Source: the human T2T-CHM13v2.0 reference genome, Homo sapiens
Strand: one strand, 5' to 3'
Length of the DNA stretch: 64,000 bases
Assembly: GCF_009914755.1 (NCBI RefSeq)
Contig: NC_060925.1
A program made the position numbers and the translations under genes. The first letter of the stretch is position 1, and each line of letters starts with the position of its first letter. The notes beneath the pieces were generated by a model. That model did not search any database. It saw only the letters and a list, made by a program, of their open reading frames with translations, and had not been told where the DNA came from. Below are positions 1-14,869 of this stretch, piece after piece.

Positions 1-477
1 GCAAAACTCATGACCACTCCTGTAAAAATAATTTAGTATCATTATCTCTGTTTGCAATAGCAAACACATTTTTAGAAACTCTTGAAAGGAATATATATTA
101 ATGGGCAGTAAGTTGCCCATGGACAAAAACTGAAAGGGACATGAACAGCTACACTTTAGCCCATCTTTCAGTAACAACTGATTAACACTGAAAGATAAAG
201 AATAGTTGCAAATACTTTATGCTTTCTATGGACCCAGGAGTCACTCTTGAACAGGGTGCTACAGGAGATGAAAGACTGCCAAGTAAATATTCCAAAATTT
301 TCTTACTCTCAGCTACAATCTCTTTCCAAATACATAGTCCTTTATTATGTCATTTATTTTCTAGAAAATACACATTACCTAGGAAACCTTCTCTAATTGA
401 CCTTATTTGACTACATTTGAAATTAACACGTGAATGTTGAAACAACCCGCAATGAAATAATTTGTACTTGCTGATCT

Positions 478-610
478 GTTCATTCACTCTAACATTCATT
501 TGTCAAACATTTCTTGAGTACTCACCTCATGCAAGACACTAAGCTAGGCACACAGGATTTCATACAGGCAAACCAAACTGTCCCTGCTTGTGAGGGGCTT
601 ACAGTCTGGT
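478..610 (-). mobile_element. L2 LINE 3' end fragment
   Basis: cattcatttgtcaaacatttcttgagtac...tccctgc...gcttacagtctgg matches the typical L2 3' terminus in reverse; boundaries approximate. Confidence 0.55.
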
Positions 611-1239
611 GTTGCTTTATGTGGTCTTCAAGAGTCTTACGTGTTTCCCAGTCCCCCAGTTGCATGCTCTCTCTGTGAGCAAGTACTGTACACCTTAATT
701 TTCTAAAACTCTCCTATAGCACCTTACACTAGGCTCTCTACACAGCAAACTGATAAACTGAAAGAATACTAGACTCCATAATCCGCAGCGTATTATTCCT
801 TTCAGTGTGATTTAAATCTGTAAATTATTTAAAATCCATAGAGTCTTGAGGCTGATGTTGCCCAAAGTTACAATTGAATAAGCCTACAGTTAAGGGAGTA
901 AGATTCAGTGCAGCTAGCTGGGGATGTCTGAAGGGGATCTGAGTCCTACCACTCTTAATGGGGAAGAGAATCAGGCAGGGTGGAGGTGAGGAATACCCTT
1001 ACCCTGCAAAGCTGCACTATCTTACAAGAGAAAATAGTGCTTTAACTATAGGACTTACAGGTATGAGCCCCAAGACTGAACCCCCAAGGTAGGAGCCCCA
1101 AGACAGAAAAGTAGAAGGGAAGACCTTGACTGCTGACGGGCACTTTACCCTACTACCAAAGAGAAAGGAGAAAACGGTGCCCCACACATTCTACAGGACC
1201 AGTACAGAAGCCTAGTTAGACATGATGGGGCAATGAAAG

Positions 1240-1465
1240 AGCTACAGATTCAGACTCAGAAGACCTGTGTTTGAGTCTTTGAGTCCAGATTCTGCCACTA
1301 GCCAGGCAAGATGGCACTGGGCAAGCCAGGTAGCCTCTCTGAGCCTCAGTTTCCCCTTCTGTGAAACATGAATAATAACCTCTGATGCTTCTGTCTACCT
1401 CACACAGAACCACTGTGAGATTCAAATGAGATATGTTCTACGAAAGCACTTAGGAAACTGTAATG
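1240..1465 (+). mobile_element. MIR SINE
   Basis: MIR core ctctctgagcctcagtttcccc.tctgtgaaa...gtgagattcaaatgaga...aaagcactt. Confidence 0.75.
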
Positions 1466-3112
1466 TGCTGGGCAAATCCTGAGATTTTTATCTATGAGGA
1501 TATCCAAACCCCCAGGAGTGTCTCACATCAACCCAGGAAGGCTCACCGCCTCCTCCTTCTTGCACGCCCCCAAAACTTGGGTTCCCATCTTCTCAAATCC
1601 TTGCATTTACCAGAAAGAGTTCACCATCCAAATCTTAAAAAGGCAAGTGCACTAATTCTCAAACTCCAAGAGGATGAAAAGGGAAGAAGGGCAGCCATGT
1701 AAACCATTCCAATTCCTCACCTTGACACACCTCAGTTCTCCCTTTCCAAGGGTCAAACTGCAGAGAGGCCAACAGAAAGGAGGAAGGAGGTCTGAACTGG
1801 CCGTACATCCTTTGTGGCTGTCTGCCTCCTCTTCTCCACTGCCAAGTCAGTTCCCATCTAGGGACTGCTGAACTAATCTAAATGGGACTCTGAGGCAATA
1901 CAGAGATTAGTGCTTGAGAGAGAGAGATTATATGCATTTTAGGCCACATTCCACAACCAAAAGGAAATTATTATTAGCATGGATAACCGAAGGTGGACTG
2001 GGCATGGAGGGAACAATTGCTCCCTTGCAAATATTCTTCCCTATCTCTCCAATAATATTTTTTTCCAGGCCCAGTCCTTTCATTTGCTTGTTCAGTCCTT
2101 CAACCACCCATCTATCCAGTTAGGATGTGTGCAGTGCCCACAAAACACACCCCCCACAGCAAGGTTCTCATGGGGAGAAGCGTTGAGGAGGGGTAGGGGA
2201 GGGAAGGAAAAGGCAGACACCTTACAAAGTTGTACCAATCATTTGGAGGTAAGAATTGCAACCACACAGTAACATTACCAGTGATAGAGGTGGCTGGGCA
2301 GACTCTTGGGGGAAGGGGTGTCATGTGTTCAGACTCTGAGGGCCAGTGCTGCTGCCCAGCAGGCCTACGAGCCCAAAACAATTTCTTCTGGCTCCAGGCA
2401 GAGGGAAGGCCCATTTTGCAGAGTCAAGCTTATTAAGAACAGCTTGGAAGATTAAACCTAGAGCATCAGCCGGTTGGCAGGTCTCAATTCAAACTCTAAG
2501 CTTGGAGGAGAGGAAATTCTAATGTGATCTATGCATTTTGGGACCATGTCAGCTACTGGTAAAAATCCAGACTTGCATGGGTGCAAAGGATGTTTCTGTC
2601 CCATCATTCAGGCCAAGAACATCCTCTTCATTTCTAGAAATGGGATCCACCCCGTCACCAAGCCCCACCATTCCATACCAACCAGCCTGGTGGAGGCCCA
2701 CGCCTCTGCCAGGGCCCTTCTCCCAGCAGCTCCAACACCTAAAGCCAGTCCCCCTAGTGCAACCCTAGGAGCTCACAAGACTGGCTTGCCCCCACCTGAG
2801 ACTAGCAAGTTGGGTGGACTCAAATTCAGCCTCTACCCTGGCAAAAGTCAAAAGCCACTGGAAGCACATCCTCCTCCTTTCCCTCTCCTGGCTTCACTGT
2901 TTATTGCTTATATTCAAAAGACGCTGAATCAAGAGCTATGTTTTTGCACATAACCACATAGGCTGACAGTCCCCAGAGACTAATGCTCCTAGCCCACCAA
3001 TTCCCATAGCCCACCCAGACCCCTATTTTCAACCATTTATTAAAATGCAACACCACCCCTCCCAGTCTTTCCTTTAGTCAATGTTGAAAAATCAAATTAT
3101 TAGCAAACCTAC

Positions 3113-3144
3113 CTGTCTATACTCTGGGGTAACCTTACACTCAT
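3113..3144 (-). CDS. ARHGEF11: ARHGEF11 (PDZ-RhoGEF) first coding exon, 32 nt; the gene continues off the left edge
   Basis: Minus strand reads gaaaccATGAGTGTAAGGTTACCCCAGAGTATAGACAG|gtaggt = MSVRLPQSID(R), which matches the recalled ARHGEF11 N-terminus. A at -3, canonical GT donor, CpG island just upstream. Confidence 0.9.
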
Positions 3145-3370
3145 GGTTTCTCGGTGTCTCCACGGTTCCAGAATCCTGTAGCTTTGGTGTCTTGATCAGG
3201 ATTGAATCGCTTGCAATTTTTGAGCAAGGTGAGAGGAGGGCCTCCCAACTTGAAGATAGAATCCTTTCTCCTCCAGCTCTCAGGACCCTGGTAACTGATG
3301 CTCCACTCTACTTCTACCAGTGAACATGATTTCCTTTCTCAGCCCCTCTTCCCCTCCCCCGCTTTAAAAA

Positions 3371-3401
<31 letters not shown>

Positions 3402-4550
3402 GGAAAAGAGGAAAAACTACGACCTTCTCAGAAACCAAAAACCCAGCCACGAATCTCTTCAAGGTTAGCACTATGGCCAAAAAAAAATGAATCACAGAAA
3501 AATGTGCCTTCAAAATATCACTGTTAACTGCAAAGTACAGATAAAACCATCCTTTAAATCCAGCTTTCTCAGCTGTCCTTCTGTTGGCAAGAGACCCTCT
3601 AGCTCAAAGGGGGAAAGTAATTTTCTAGTCTCCAATGCTTAATATGACAACAGCAAATATCTTTGAGGAAAGGAAAAAAAAAAGGATTAATAAATCCGAA
3701 ATGGCACTTGGAAAAATTCTTTCGGCTGATTTGTACAGTAAAATAATAAATAAAACCATACAATAGTATGTACACAACAGCACTCCTTCCAAGTCCAGTG
3801 CAACCCTGGGAACCAAAATTTATGGACTTCCTTAAAAAAAAAAAAGCTTTTACATTAAATGTTTTGAAATTCTTAAATGAGCCAATTGCACCAAAAAAAA
3901 AAATAAAATAAAAATCAAAGAACACCTGAAATGCAATGCTTTTTACCTTTAAGATGGTAGTAATGATAACAAACCAGAGATAATCTCTGAAAATATTCTC
4001 TCCTTTTCTTTTTCCTTTAAACTTGCAGGTTCCTCCACCTACCCCAGCCTGATTCTCAGACCCAGCCTACGTTCGGCCTTTTTCTGAAAGACAATTTCCT
4101 GAGTTAGTTCTGCTGTTGGGCTCCTCCACATCCAGGCTCCGAAATTTTCTCTTGCCTCAGCCTCCATGAAACGGAGATTTCGCTTCCTCCCGTTCCCCCT
4201 TCTCTCTCCCTCTCTCTCGCCCGGCCAGAAAGACGGCTCCCTTATTATTCGTTCGGATTATTATTGTGGATTTGAGTTCGAGGTGGGTTTTTCTTCCACA
4301 CCAGACTCCTGGAAAATCCGATCGCCTGTCTCCTCTCGGCCTCTCCTTGCCTCCCTTTCCGCCCCTCGCCTAATCTCGCAGGCAGGAGCCCGCAGTGCCT
4401 CGCGCAGGACGCCCGGCCGGGCCTCGGGCTCCCGGCGCCGCTCGCCCCGCGCCCGACCGCCGTGTTCCGGCCTTCGCGGCCGCTCGGGACGCCAGGCTCG
4501 GCGCACAGGGAAGGCTGCGGCGGCTGCGGCAGGCCGGCACGAGCGGGCGT
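3145..4550 (-). other. ARHGEF11: ARHGEF11 long 5' UTR / leader with U-tracts and uORFs (TSS approximate)
   Basis: Repeat-free sequence between the CpG island and the ATG; six upstream ATGs at 4167, 4131, 3855, 3759, 3550 and 3327. Confidence 0.6.
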
Positions 4551-5260
4551 CCGACTGCCGGCGTCGCGGCCGCGCTCGCCTCCTTCCGGGCCCCTTCCCC
4601 CTCGGTTCGCCGCTCGCTCGGGCGCAGGCCCGGCCGGCCGCCCCCCTTCCCTCCCTCCTTCCCTGCGAGCCTTTCTCCTTCCCTCGCTCCCGCGGGGCGG
4701 GGCCGCAGGCTCCTCCTCCTCGCTGCGCTGCCCGCCGCCCGCCGGCCTTTCCCCTCACGCCGCGGCGGCCGGGGGCGGGGGCGGGAAGCTGACCGCCTTT
4801 CCCTGCCTCGGTTCCCGCGGCCGCGACTCCCGCCGACCGGCCCGCCCCTGTCCCGGCCTCCCTGCGCGCCCTGCCCCCCACAACCCTTTGCCGTCGCTCC
4901 TCGGCCGGTCCCCTCTGCGGCCCCTCAGTCGCCGGCCCTGCCCCTCGGCGCGGCCTAGCGGGTTCCCGTCTCAGCCGGATCCCCGGCCCGGCCCGCGGGC
5001 GACCCCGGCCCTGACCCCGCCAGGCACCGCGCGCCGTCCCCGCCGCCGCCACCGCCACCGCCACCGCCACCCCTGCCGCCTTTTCGCCGCTTTTCCTCGG
5101 CTGCTTTTCCCCCTTTTATTGACTTCTGCTCGGGAGCCGACCTTTGTTTCCTACCCCCTGCCCGCCCAGCCACCGTGCCCGCGCCCCGTGCCCCTGCCCA
5201 CGGGTGCAGGTTTACCTCTTTGCGTCCACCGGCATTACCCCGGCGCCCGCAGCTGCGGCT
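4290..5260. promoter_or_regulatory. CpG island / ARHGEF11 promoter
   Basis: Very GC-rich with dense CpG; GC boxes GGGGCGGGG at ~4694 and ~4772. Confidence 0.9.
5040..5072 (+). repeat. (CCG)n-(CCACCG)n GC-rich microsatellite
   Basis: ccgccgccgccaccgccaccgccaccgccacc. Confidence 0.8.
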
Positions 5261-5593
5261 CACCCTCTCCACCTCTCTTCTGATCTTATTTTTCAAACAT
5301 TTGTTGCGGCCTCCTTCGTGGTGTCAGTTCTTTTAACTGTTTCCTCCCGTTTCTGTGGTCCTTCCCACTTCTAATACCACCGACTTAGGGGGAAGACCCT
5401 TCGCTGTTTCCTCTCGGGTTGGGTTGGGCATCTTAATAGCAGGCTGTGTAAAGTGTCTTTGAACTCTATGGAAGAGCCTTTCCAGAGCAATTCTATTTTC
5501 ATAACCCCCTCTCATAGAATCACAGTTTCTAAATCTTTACAAGTAACGTGACATTTGTCAGAAGGTGCCGAGCGTTATGATTAAAAATCATTA

Positions 5594-5863
<270 letters not shown>

Positions 5864-6409
5864 TTATTAAAATAAAAAAACTCTCACTAGGATTGGGGAG
5901 TGGACTTTGCCTTCTTGCCTAGGTAAATGCCATTGTAAAATACTCTGCAGGCAGTGGGGTGTTTGCATAAGTTCTCTCCTTTCACACTACCTGGATTGTT
6001 CTGGGAGGGGGTGGATATGTATATGTAAATTATCTATACACATTCGTGAGCTCTGGAGTGACCTCACCAGTGTTAGAAGTGGTAGATATGCAAATTGCAA
6101 GAGGAAAAAGAAACGAATAAGCATCAGTTGAAGACCTACTATGAACCAGGAACTTTCCCTTTAATGTATATCAGGTATAGGTTGGCAAATAAAAGAACCT
6201 GCTTCCTTCACCCTGTCTCCACCAACCCCTTGGCCAGAACTCCCCAAAACAGGTGATCTGCCCAGCATTTGAAGCACAGTCTAGATTGTTGCTGACTTAA
6301 TTGTGTCTTTCTTTCCCATACTACCCGCAAAAATGATGCTCTCAAATGTGGACACTGCTCTGTGGTGACAGACCACTGGTTGCCACACATTTTAAAATAA
6401 TGTTTTCTT

Positions 6410-6751
<342 letters not shown>

Positions 6752-7751
6752 TTACATATATTTTATTACATATCTTATACAACATTGCCTAGTGTAGAAA
6801 TATTAAAAGGTTGAAATTTAAAAATGAACATTTTTTAAATCATGCTTTTTGGTGAAAGTTAATTGCTGTCATAACTGGAAAAGATGCTTGCCAAAGATAG
6901 GTAGATTCAAACAGAAGAAGTATGCCCTTGATTGCATTTATTAAATCATGATACTTATTTTCCAATCCCATTCATCAACAATGCAAAGACTTCTAATTGA
7001 AATTCAACTAGTAAATTTATATCTTAAGTCAATCCTTCTTGAATGATTGGAAGGTGTTACATTTTTATATTCTTAACAAATGGGTTCCAGCCATTAAGAA
7101 ATTTCATTTAACTTTAAAAAATAGGTTTTCAAATTCTGTTTCCTAATTTTTCAGTGTGCAAAGGTTTTGATAGGTGAAACCATTGTTTTTGGTAATTAAA
7201 AAAATCACAATATTGGAACCATTTCCAGTCATCCGTCTTCAAAATACTTTTTCCTAAAGTATGTGTTTCTTTAGAAAAGCAGTGACTTCCTCGCTCGTAG
7301 ATAGACTGTCATCTTAACCTTGAAGGGACAGCTTGAAGGGACAGATTAAGCGGTGTTTTTGTTGTTTGTTTTTGTTTTTGCAAGTAAGTGCTAGGTAGCA
7401 TACTCTTGACAGCCATTTCTCATCATAGAACACTGAAATAAAACTGTGCATCTCCTCCATGTTCAGTATTTCATTTTAGGCTTTCCCCAGGAGATTGTTA
7501 ATCTGCACAGCAAAGATTTTCATGGTCATTCTCTGTCATTACAAAGAATTGTAAAGTTTGTAGCAGTTAACAGGCTTGTTTTTGTCTGGTGGGTGGCGTA
7601 CATCATGAAGAAAATGAACGTCAATGGTGATGTTACCTCTGGTTCTTGGAACCTCCTCATATACTGTGTGTGACAGATGACTTCTGACATAGTGACTGAG
7701 TGAGAATGCCATGTCATTAGTGTTAGTAAAACCTAATTATTTTTGCTATAA

Positions 7752-8038
<287 letters not shown>

Positions 8039-8404
8039 ATGAGTGCATTCTTAAGTATTTTCCTCAAGCATCTCCTTGAACACTCCACTTTGAAGATTAT
8101 GAGGGTGGCTTTAGTAAGATAGAGTTCCCTGAAGTTAGTTGGCCATTTAAGTAAACTGCAAGTCTCAGGTTAAAAAACAAAATAGATTAGATTGTGTCCT
8201 AGACAGACTGGGTTGTAGGAATCTGGAGGCAGCTGGTGATCAATGGAAAGAGCTAGACTAGACTAGGAGTCCGGAGAACTAGATAACTTTGTGAACTGCC
8301 AACTGCAGTTTGTAAGGATTTAATATGAACAAGCCTGGGCTCTGTAAGCTATAGAGTGCTGGGCAGGAAAATCAGGATAAATCTTAGGGAGCGTTACCTT
8401 AAAA

Positions 8405-8613
8405 CAACCTTGTCCAACCTGGGGCCTGCAGGCCACATGTGGCCGAGGACAACTTGGAATGCAGCCCAACACAAATTCATAAACTTTCTTAAAACATTAT
8501 GAGATTTTTTAAAAGCTCATTAGCTATCGTTAGTGTTAGTGTATTTTACTTGTGGCCCAAGACAATTCTTCTTCCAGTGTGGCCCAGGGAAGCCAAAAGA
8601 TTAGACACCTCTG
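8405..8613 (-). mobile_element. MER30 (hAT-Charlie non-autonomous DNA transposon)
   Basis: gggaagccaaaagattagacacc end and tagctatcgttagtgttagtgtatttt core; 8-bp TSD ccttaaaa / ccttaaat. Confidence 0.85.
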
Positions 8614-9464
8614 CCTTAAATGAACATAGTCCTTTGAACTTTTTTCCCACAGAACTCTATCAATAGATGAATCCTTTTCTCTGCCCAACATCCTGGGGAA
8701 TAGGTAGGGCACTAGTTGTTATGTCTTTACATTAAGGTTAAGGAAACTATGGCACAGAGAAGTTTTAGGTGATCTGCATGAAATCCCATTAATTGATAGA
8801 TTGAGGCTAGAATTCATACCTGATTATCTTTAAGTAGTGAGAAGCAAAGAAAAAGGTGGGTAGGTGGGTATGGTCAGCTTTTATTTCTGGGAGAGATTCT
8901 AGAAACTCAATGCTTGATTGAATAGCTGACGGAGAGCAGTGATGAAAAACCTTGAATGGTTCACGATGTGAATTCTAGAGAAGCAACTTCTCATCCATGA
9001 GCAGACATCTCCATCCCTGACTGGTGTTTCTTTTAAAGAGATGAACTCCAGGTTGCTGTCATTCTCCTTCTAGGGTGCTGTTAAGGGACAGACCTGGCAA
9101 ATTAAAATCACCACTGGAGACATAGTGCCATTGTTTCATTGACGATCTTTCACTCCTCTTAAACCTTTATCAGTTGGGAAGATGATGTGAGAGGCTTAAT
9201 TAAGATACTGCTTACTCCTAAGGGTGAGAAAATTCTGTGGTTTTTTCATTAGCTGATTTTGATTTCTCTAGAATACTTCTGGGTAGCCAGAACAACCAGT
9301 CCTAAAATCTCTGTTACAGATGTCATTTCATTGTCACTCAGAATATTATGTTCATTTAACCTGTTGAATTCCCAATAAAATTTTAATATCAGGTAATAAT
9401 CATACCCAAAACATATATAGTGCTTGCGATGTAAATACTGTTCCAAGCAAACTACAAGAATTAA

Positions 9465-9605
9465 CTACTCGATTTTCTCAGCAACCTTTTGAAGTAGGTA
9501 CTATTATAATATCAACCTTATTTTCAGATGGGGAAACAGAGGCCCAGAGAGGGAGAATAACTTGCCCAGAGTCACAGAGCTGGAACCCAGGCAGTCTGGC
9601 TCCAG
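9465..9605 (-). mobile_element. MIR SINE
   Basis: attttcagatggggaaacagaggcccagagagg...acttgcccagagtcacagagc. Confidence 0.75.
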
Positions 9606-10341
9606 GGTCTGTGGTTGGCTTTCCTTTTATTACCTGTGCTGTCTCCTTGTCACAGGCACCATGCCAGGCCCCGGGGGGAAAGTGATAAAACCAAAGAACA
9701 ATGAATTTGGCAGAACCTTCTCAGAAAGATGGGAGAGGTGCAGAGCTTTTTGAGGAGAAACTGGGGAGGGTGGAGCTAGAAGCAGAGTCCATTGGTTTAT
9801 CTCCTCAACCCCCCAGAGACTTCTTTTTCCCATGGGGCAGTGGACCAGCAATTTTTCTCTTAGTTCTTTGCCTTCCCTCTCAATGTCCCTTGAGTTTTTT
9901 CCCCCAGAGATTTGGCCCTCATCTCTCTTGAGGATCTCAGGGAATTTATTGGAGAAGGAGCTTCTCACCTTTACTCACAGTGAGAGGTCTGCATTGTTTG
10001 CAGGGTCACCTTCCAGGTGTGCCCTTCAGCGTCCCCAGCTTGCTACCTTCCTGTCTGTGGTTACCTTAGAAACCAGGCTCTCCCATCATACTCCAAGTAG
10101 CTGAGACAAATTGAATAACAGAGAAGGTGCCAAGATAAATTGTAAAGAAAAAAATGTGTGAAAGAGAACCAATTTTAGACTGAAGGCTAATATTTTGGGA
10201 AGTTGGATGTGTTGTGTGTGTGTGTTTCTTCCAAATAAGACAAAGTTCCCAGGATCAAATGTGAGAAACAAAAAAGGTGAGATGCCAAGGGGAAGATAAT
10301 AAAAAACCGCCCAAATCCTGCTTTTAAAACTGAAAAATATT

Positions 10342-10610
10342 GTGAGGTCAAGACAGGAGGATTGCTTGAGTTCCGGAGTTTGAGACCAGCCTGGGCTACA
10401 TAGAAAGACCTCATCTCCACTAAAAATCAAAAAGATTAGCTGAGTGTGATGGTGCATACCTGTAGTTCCAGCTACTCTGGAGGCTGAGGCCGGGAGGATC
10501 GCTTAAGCTCAGGAGATCAAGGCAGCAGTGGGCTATGATCATGGCACTGCACTCCCACCTGAGTGACACAGTGAGACCCTGTCTCAAAAACAAAACGAAC
10601 AAACAAAACT
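10342..10610 (+). mobile_element. AluJ, 5' truncated
   Basis: AluJ-type ggaggattgcttgag; diverged from consensus. Confidence 0.8.
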
Positions 10611-11429
10611 GAAAAATATCCTTTTAAAAGTTAAAAGAAATTTATTGACATGCAATAAATTACACATATTTAAAACGTATAATTTGGTGAGTTTTGACAC
10701 ACACACACATGAAACTGTCAGCACAATCAAGATAGTGAACATTATGCTGAAGAGTTTACTGTTGCTTCTTTCTGATTATTTCTTCCCAACCCTTCCCACT
10801 GGACACCCTTCCCTATTCTGGTCCCCAGGCAATCACGGATATACTTTTTGTTTCTATAGATTAGCTTCCATCTTCTAGAATTTTATATAAATGAAATCAT
10901 ATAGTATGTATCTTTTTTAATGACTTGTACTCAGCATAATTATTTTCAGATTCATCTGTGTTGTTGCTTTTATTTATTGCTGAATGGCATCTTTCACATT
11001 TCAATTTCTGATTACTTACTACTGGTACATAGAAACACAGTTATTTTTGTATATTGATCTGTATCTTGCAATCTTGTAAACCTATTTATTAGTTCTAGTG
11101 GGTATTTTGTAAATTCCATCAAATTTTCTGAGTAGATGGTTATGTTATCTGAGAATAATAACAGTTTTATTCCTTTCTTTCTAATCTGCACTCCCTTTAT
11201 TTCTTTTTCTTTTTCTTGTCTTATTGCACTAGCTAGAACATCTAATGCAATGTTAATAGAACTACTAAGATAAGACATCCCTGCCTTGTTTCTCATCTTA
11301 GGGGGAAAGCAATTGTTTTTTCACAATTAAATATGATATTATCTGTAGGTTTTTCTTAGATTCTTTCTATCAGGTTGTGGAAGTTCTCTCCTGTTCCTAG
11401 TGTGCTGGGAGCTTTCAAAGAATAGTTGT

Positions 11430-11655
11430 GTTTTAATGTACAACATGAGGACTATAGTTGAAATTGTATTATATTAGGAAATTTTGTTAAATAAGTAGAT
11501 TTTAGCTACTCTTGTCATACAAAGAAAATACGTGAGATGATTAATATGGTAACTTCCTTCACTATAGTAATCATTTTACTCTCAATATGTATCCCATAAC
11601 ATCATGTTATAAACCTCAAATATACACAATAACATTTGTTTTTTCTAAAAAAAGA
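11430..11655 (+). mobile_element. L1MA/L1MB 3' end fragment, opposite orientation to its host L1
   Basis: tacaacatgaggactatagtt...aacatcatgttataaacctcaaatatacacaat. Confidence 0.6.
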
Positions 11656-11899
11656 ATAGATGTATTTTATCAAATTCTTTGTTCTGCGTTAGTTGACATG
11701 ATTATGTGGTTTTTCTTCTTTAGCCTGTTGATATGGTGAATTTTCAGTGTTGAACCAGGCTTGAATTTTTGGGATAAATTCTACCTGGTCATGATGTATT
11801 AATCTTATTATACATTGTCGGATTTGATTTGCTAAAAATTTGTTAAAGATTTTGCATATGTGCTCATGATACTCATGATAGATACTGGTCTGTAGCTTT

Positions 11900-12204
<305 letters not shown>

Positions 12205-12959
12205 TGCTTTTCTTTTCTTATAATGTTTTTGTCTAGTTTCAGAATAATGCTGGCCTCATAGAATGAGTTGGGAAGAATTATCTCTTCTTCCATGTTCTAG
12301 AAGGCTTTGTGTGGAATTGGCATTATTCCTTCTTTATATGTTTCGTAGAATACCCCAGTGAAACCATTTGGATCTGGAGTTTCCTTTACATAGGAAAGTT
12401 TTAACTAAAATTTCAATCTTCTTAATAGATATAAGAATATAATAGATATACGAAATAAGTCTGTTTGTGTTATCTATTTTGTCTTGAGAGAGCTTTGATA
12501 GATTCAGTCTTGCAAAGAATTTGTCCATTTCATCTAAGTTGTTGAATATCTCAGTATACAGCTGTTTATAATATTCCTTTACTATGTTGTTAATATGTAT
12601 AAAATCTGATCTCTTCCTTTATTCCTGATATTTGTAATTTTTTCCCTAGTCTGACTACAGTTTTATAAATTGTATTGATCTTCTCAAGTACCTTTTGGTT
12701 TCATTGATTTTTTTCCTAATTTTTTCTGTTTCATTAATTTCTGCACTGGCATTTATTTTTTCCCTTCTTCTGCTTACTTTGGATTTCATTTTGCTTTTTT
12801 CCCCCTAGTTTCTTAAGGTTAAAGCTGAGGTTATTGATTTGAGTTTTTTTTCTAATATAGACACTTTTACATTAAAAATATCTCTGTAAGTACTGTCTTA
12901 CCTACATCCCACAAATTTTGCTATGTTCTGTGTTCATTTTCATTCAGTTTAAACTCATG

Positions 12960-13112
12960 GGCCAGGTGCAGTGGCTTACATCTGTAATCCTAGCACTTTG
13001 GGAGGCCAAGGCAGGAGGATTGCTTGAGGCTAGGAGTTCAAGAACGACCTGGCCAACATAACAAGACTCTGTCTCTATTTTAAGAAAAGAAAAAAGAAAG
13101 AAAGATAAAAAA
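12960..13112 (+). mobile_element. FLAM / Alu left monomer
   Basis: Single arm followed by an A-rich tail. Confidence 0.8.
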
Positions 13113-13427
13113 AAGACCCCATGGATTATTTAGAAGTGAATTACTTAGTTTTTAAATATTTGGGGACTTTTCCAGGTATTTTTCTGTTATTAATTGCTAA
13201 GTTAATTATATTGTGGTTAGAGAACATACTTTGTATGACTTGAATCCTTTTAAATTTATTGAGACTTGTTTTATGGCAGTGAATCTGGTCTATCTTGGTA
13301 AATATTCCATGCATTCTTGTACTGTTGGGTGGAGTGCTCTAATAAATGTTAGGACAGTTTGGTTAGTAGTGGTGTTCAAGCCTTTATGGCCTTACTGATT
13401 TTCTCTCTATTTGTTTGATGAATTAGA

Positions 13428-13430
<3 letters not shown>

Positions 13431-13467
<37 letters not shown>

Positions 13468-13474
13468 GAAACAC

Positions 13475-13500
<26 letters not shown>
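13431..13500 (+). repeat. (GA)n microsatellite, interrupted
   Basis: Direct reading. Confidence 0.95.
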
Positions 13501-13505
<5 letters not shown>

Positions 13506-13629
13506 TATTTAACTATAATTATGGATTTGTCTATTCTTTCAGTTCTATCCATTTTTGTTGCATGTATTTTTGAGCTATGTTAATAGGTGCCTACATGGTT
13601 AGGATTATTACATCTTCTTCATGAATTGA

Positions 13630-14333
<704 letters not shown>

Positions 14334-14478
14334 CCACTCCAACTTTCTTAAAATTAGAGTTAGCATAGTATATCTTTTTCCACTCTTACTTGTAACTAAT
14401 ATGTGTCTTTACATTTAAAGTGGGTTTATTTATTTCTTTTTTTCTCTTCTGATGCAAGGGAACTATTCATAAAGTGGA

Positions 14479-14869
14479 CGATATGGTTTGGCTCTGTGTT
14501 CCCACCCAAACCCAAATCTCATCTTGAATTGTAATCCCCACATGTTGGGCGAGGGGCCTGGTGAGAGGTGACTGAATCTTGGGAGCTGATTTCCCCCTTG
14601 CTGTTCTCATGATAGTGAGTGAGTTCTCATGAGATCTGATGGTTTAAAAGTGTGTGGCAGTTCCTCCCTCGCTGTCTCTCTCTCTCCTGCTCCACCATGG
14701 TAAGACATGCTTGCTTCCCCTTTGCCTTCTGCTATGACTGTAAGTTTCCTAAGGCCTCCTAGTCATGCTTTTTGTTAAGCCTGAGAAACCGCGACTCAAT
14801 TAAACTTTTCTTTATAAATTACCTAGTCTCAGGTAGTTCTTTATAGCAGTGTGAAAATGGACTAATACA
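14479..14869 (+). mobile_element. THE1/MST-type MaLR solo LTR (THE1D-like)
   Basis: gatatggtttggctctgtg...ggactaataca termini; 5-bp TSD gtgga / gtggg. Confidence 0.85.

Noticed and set aside
4166-5374. Overlapping 113-273 aa Arg/Pro/Ala/Gly-rich ORFs on both strands
   Set aside because: Expected stop-codon depletion in a CpG island; low complexity and no recognisable domain
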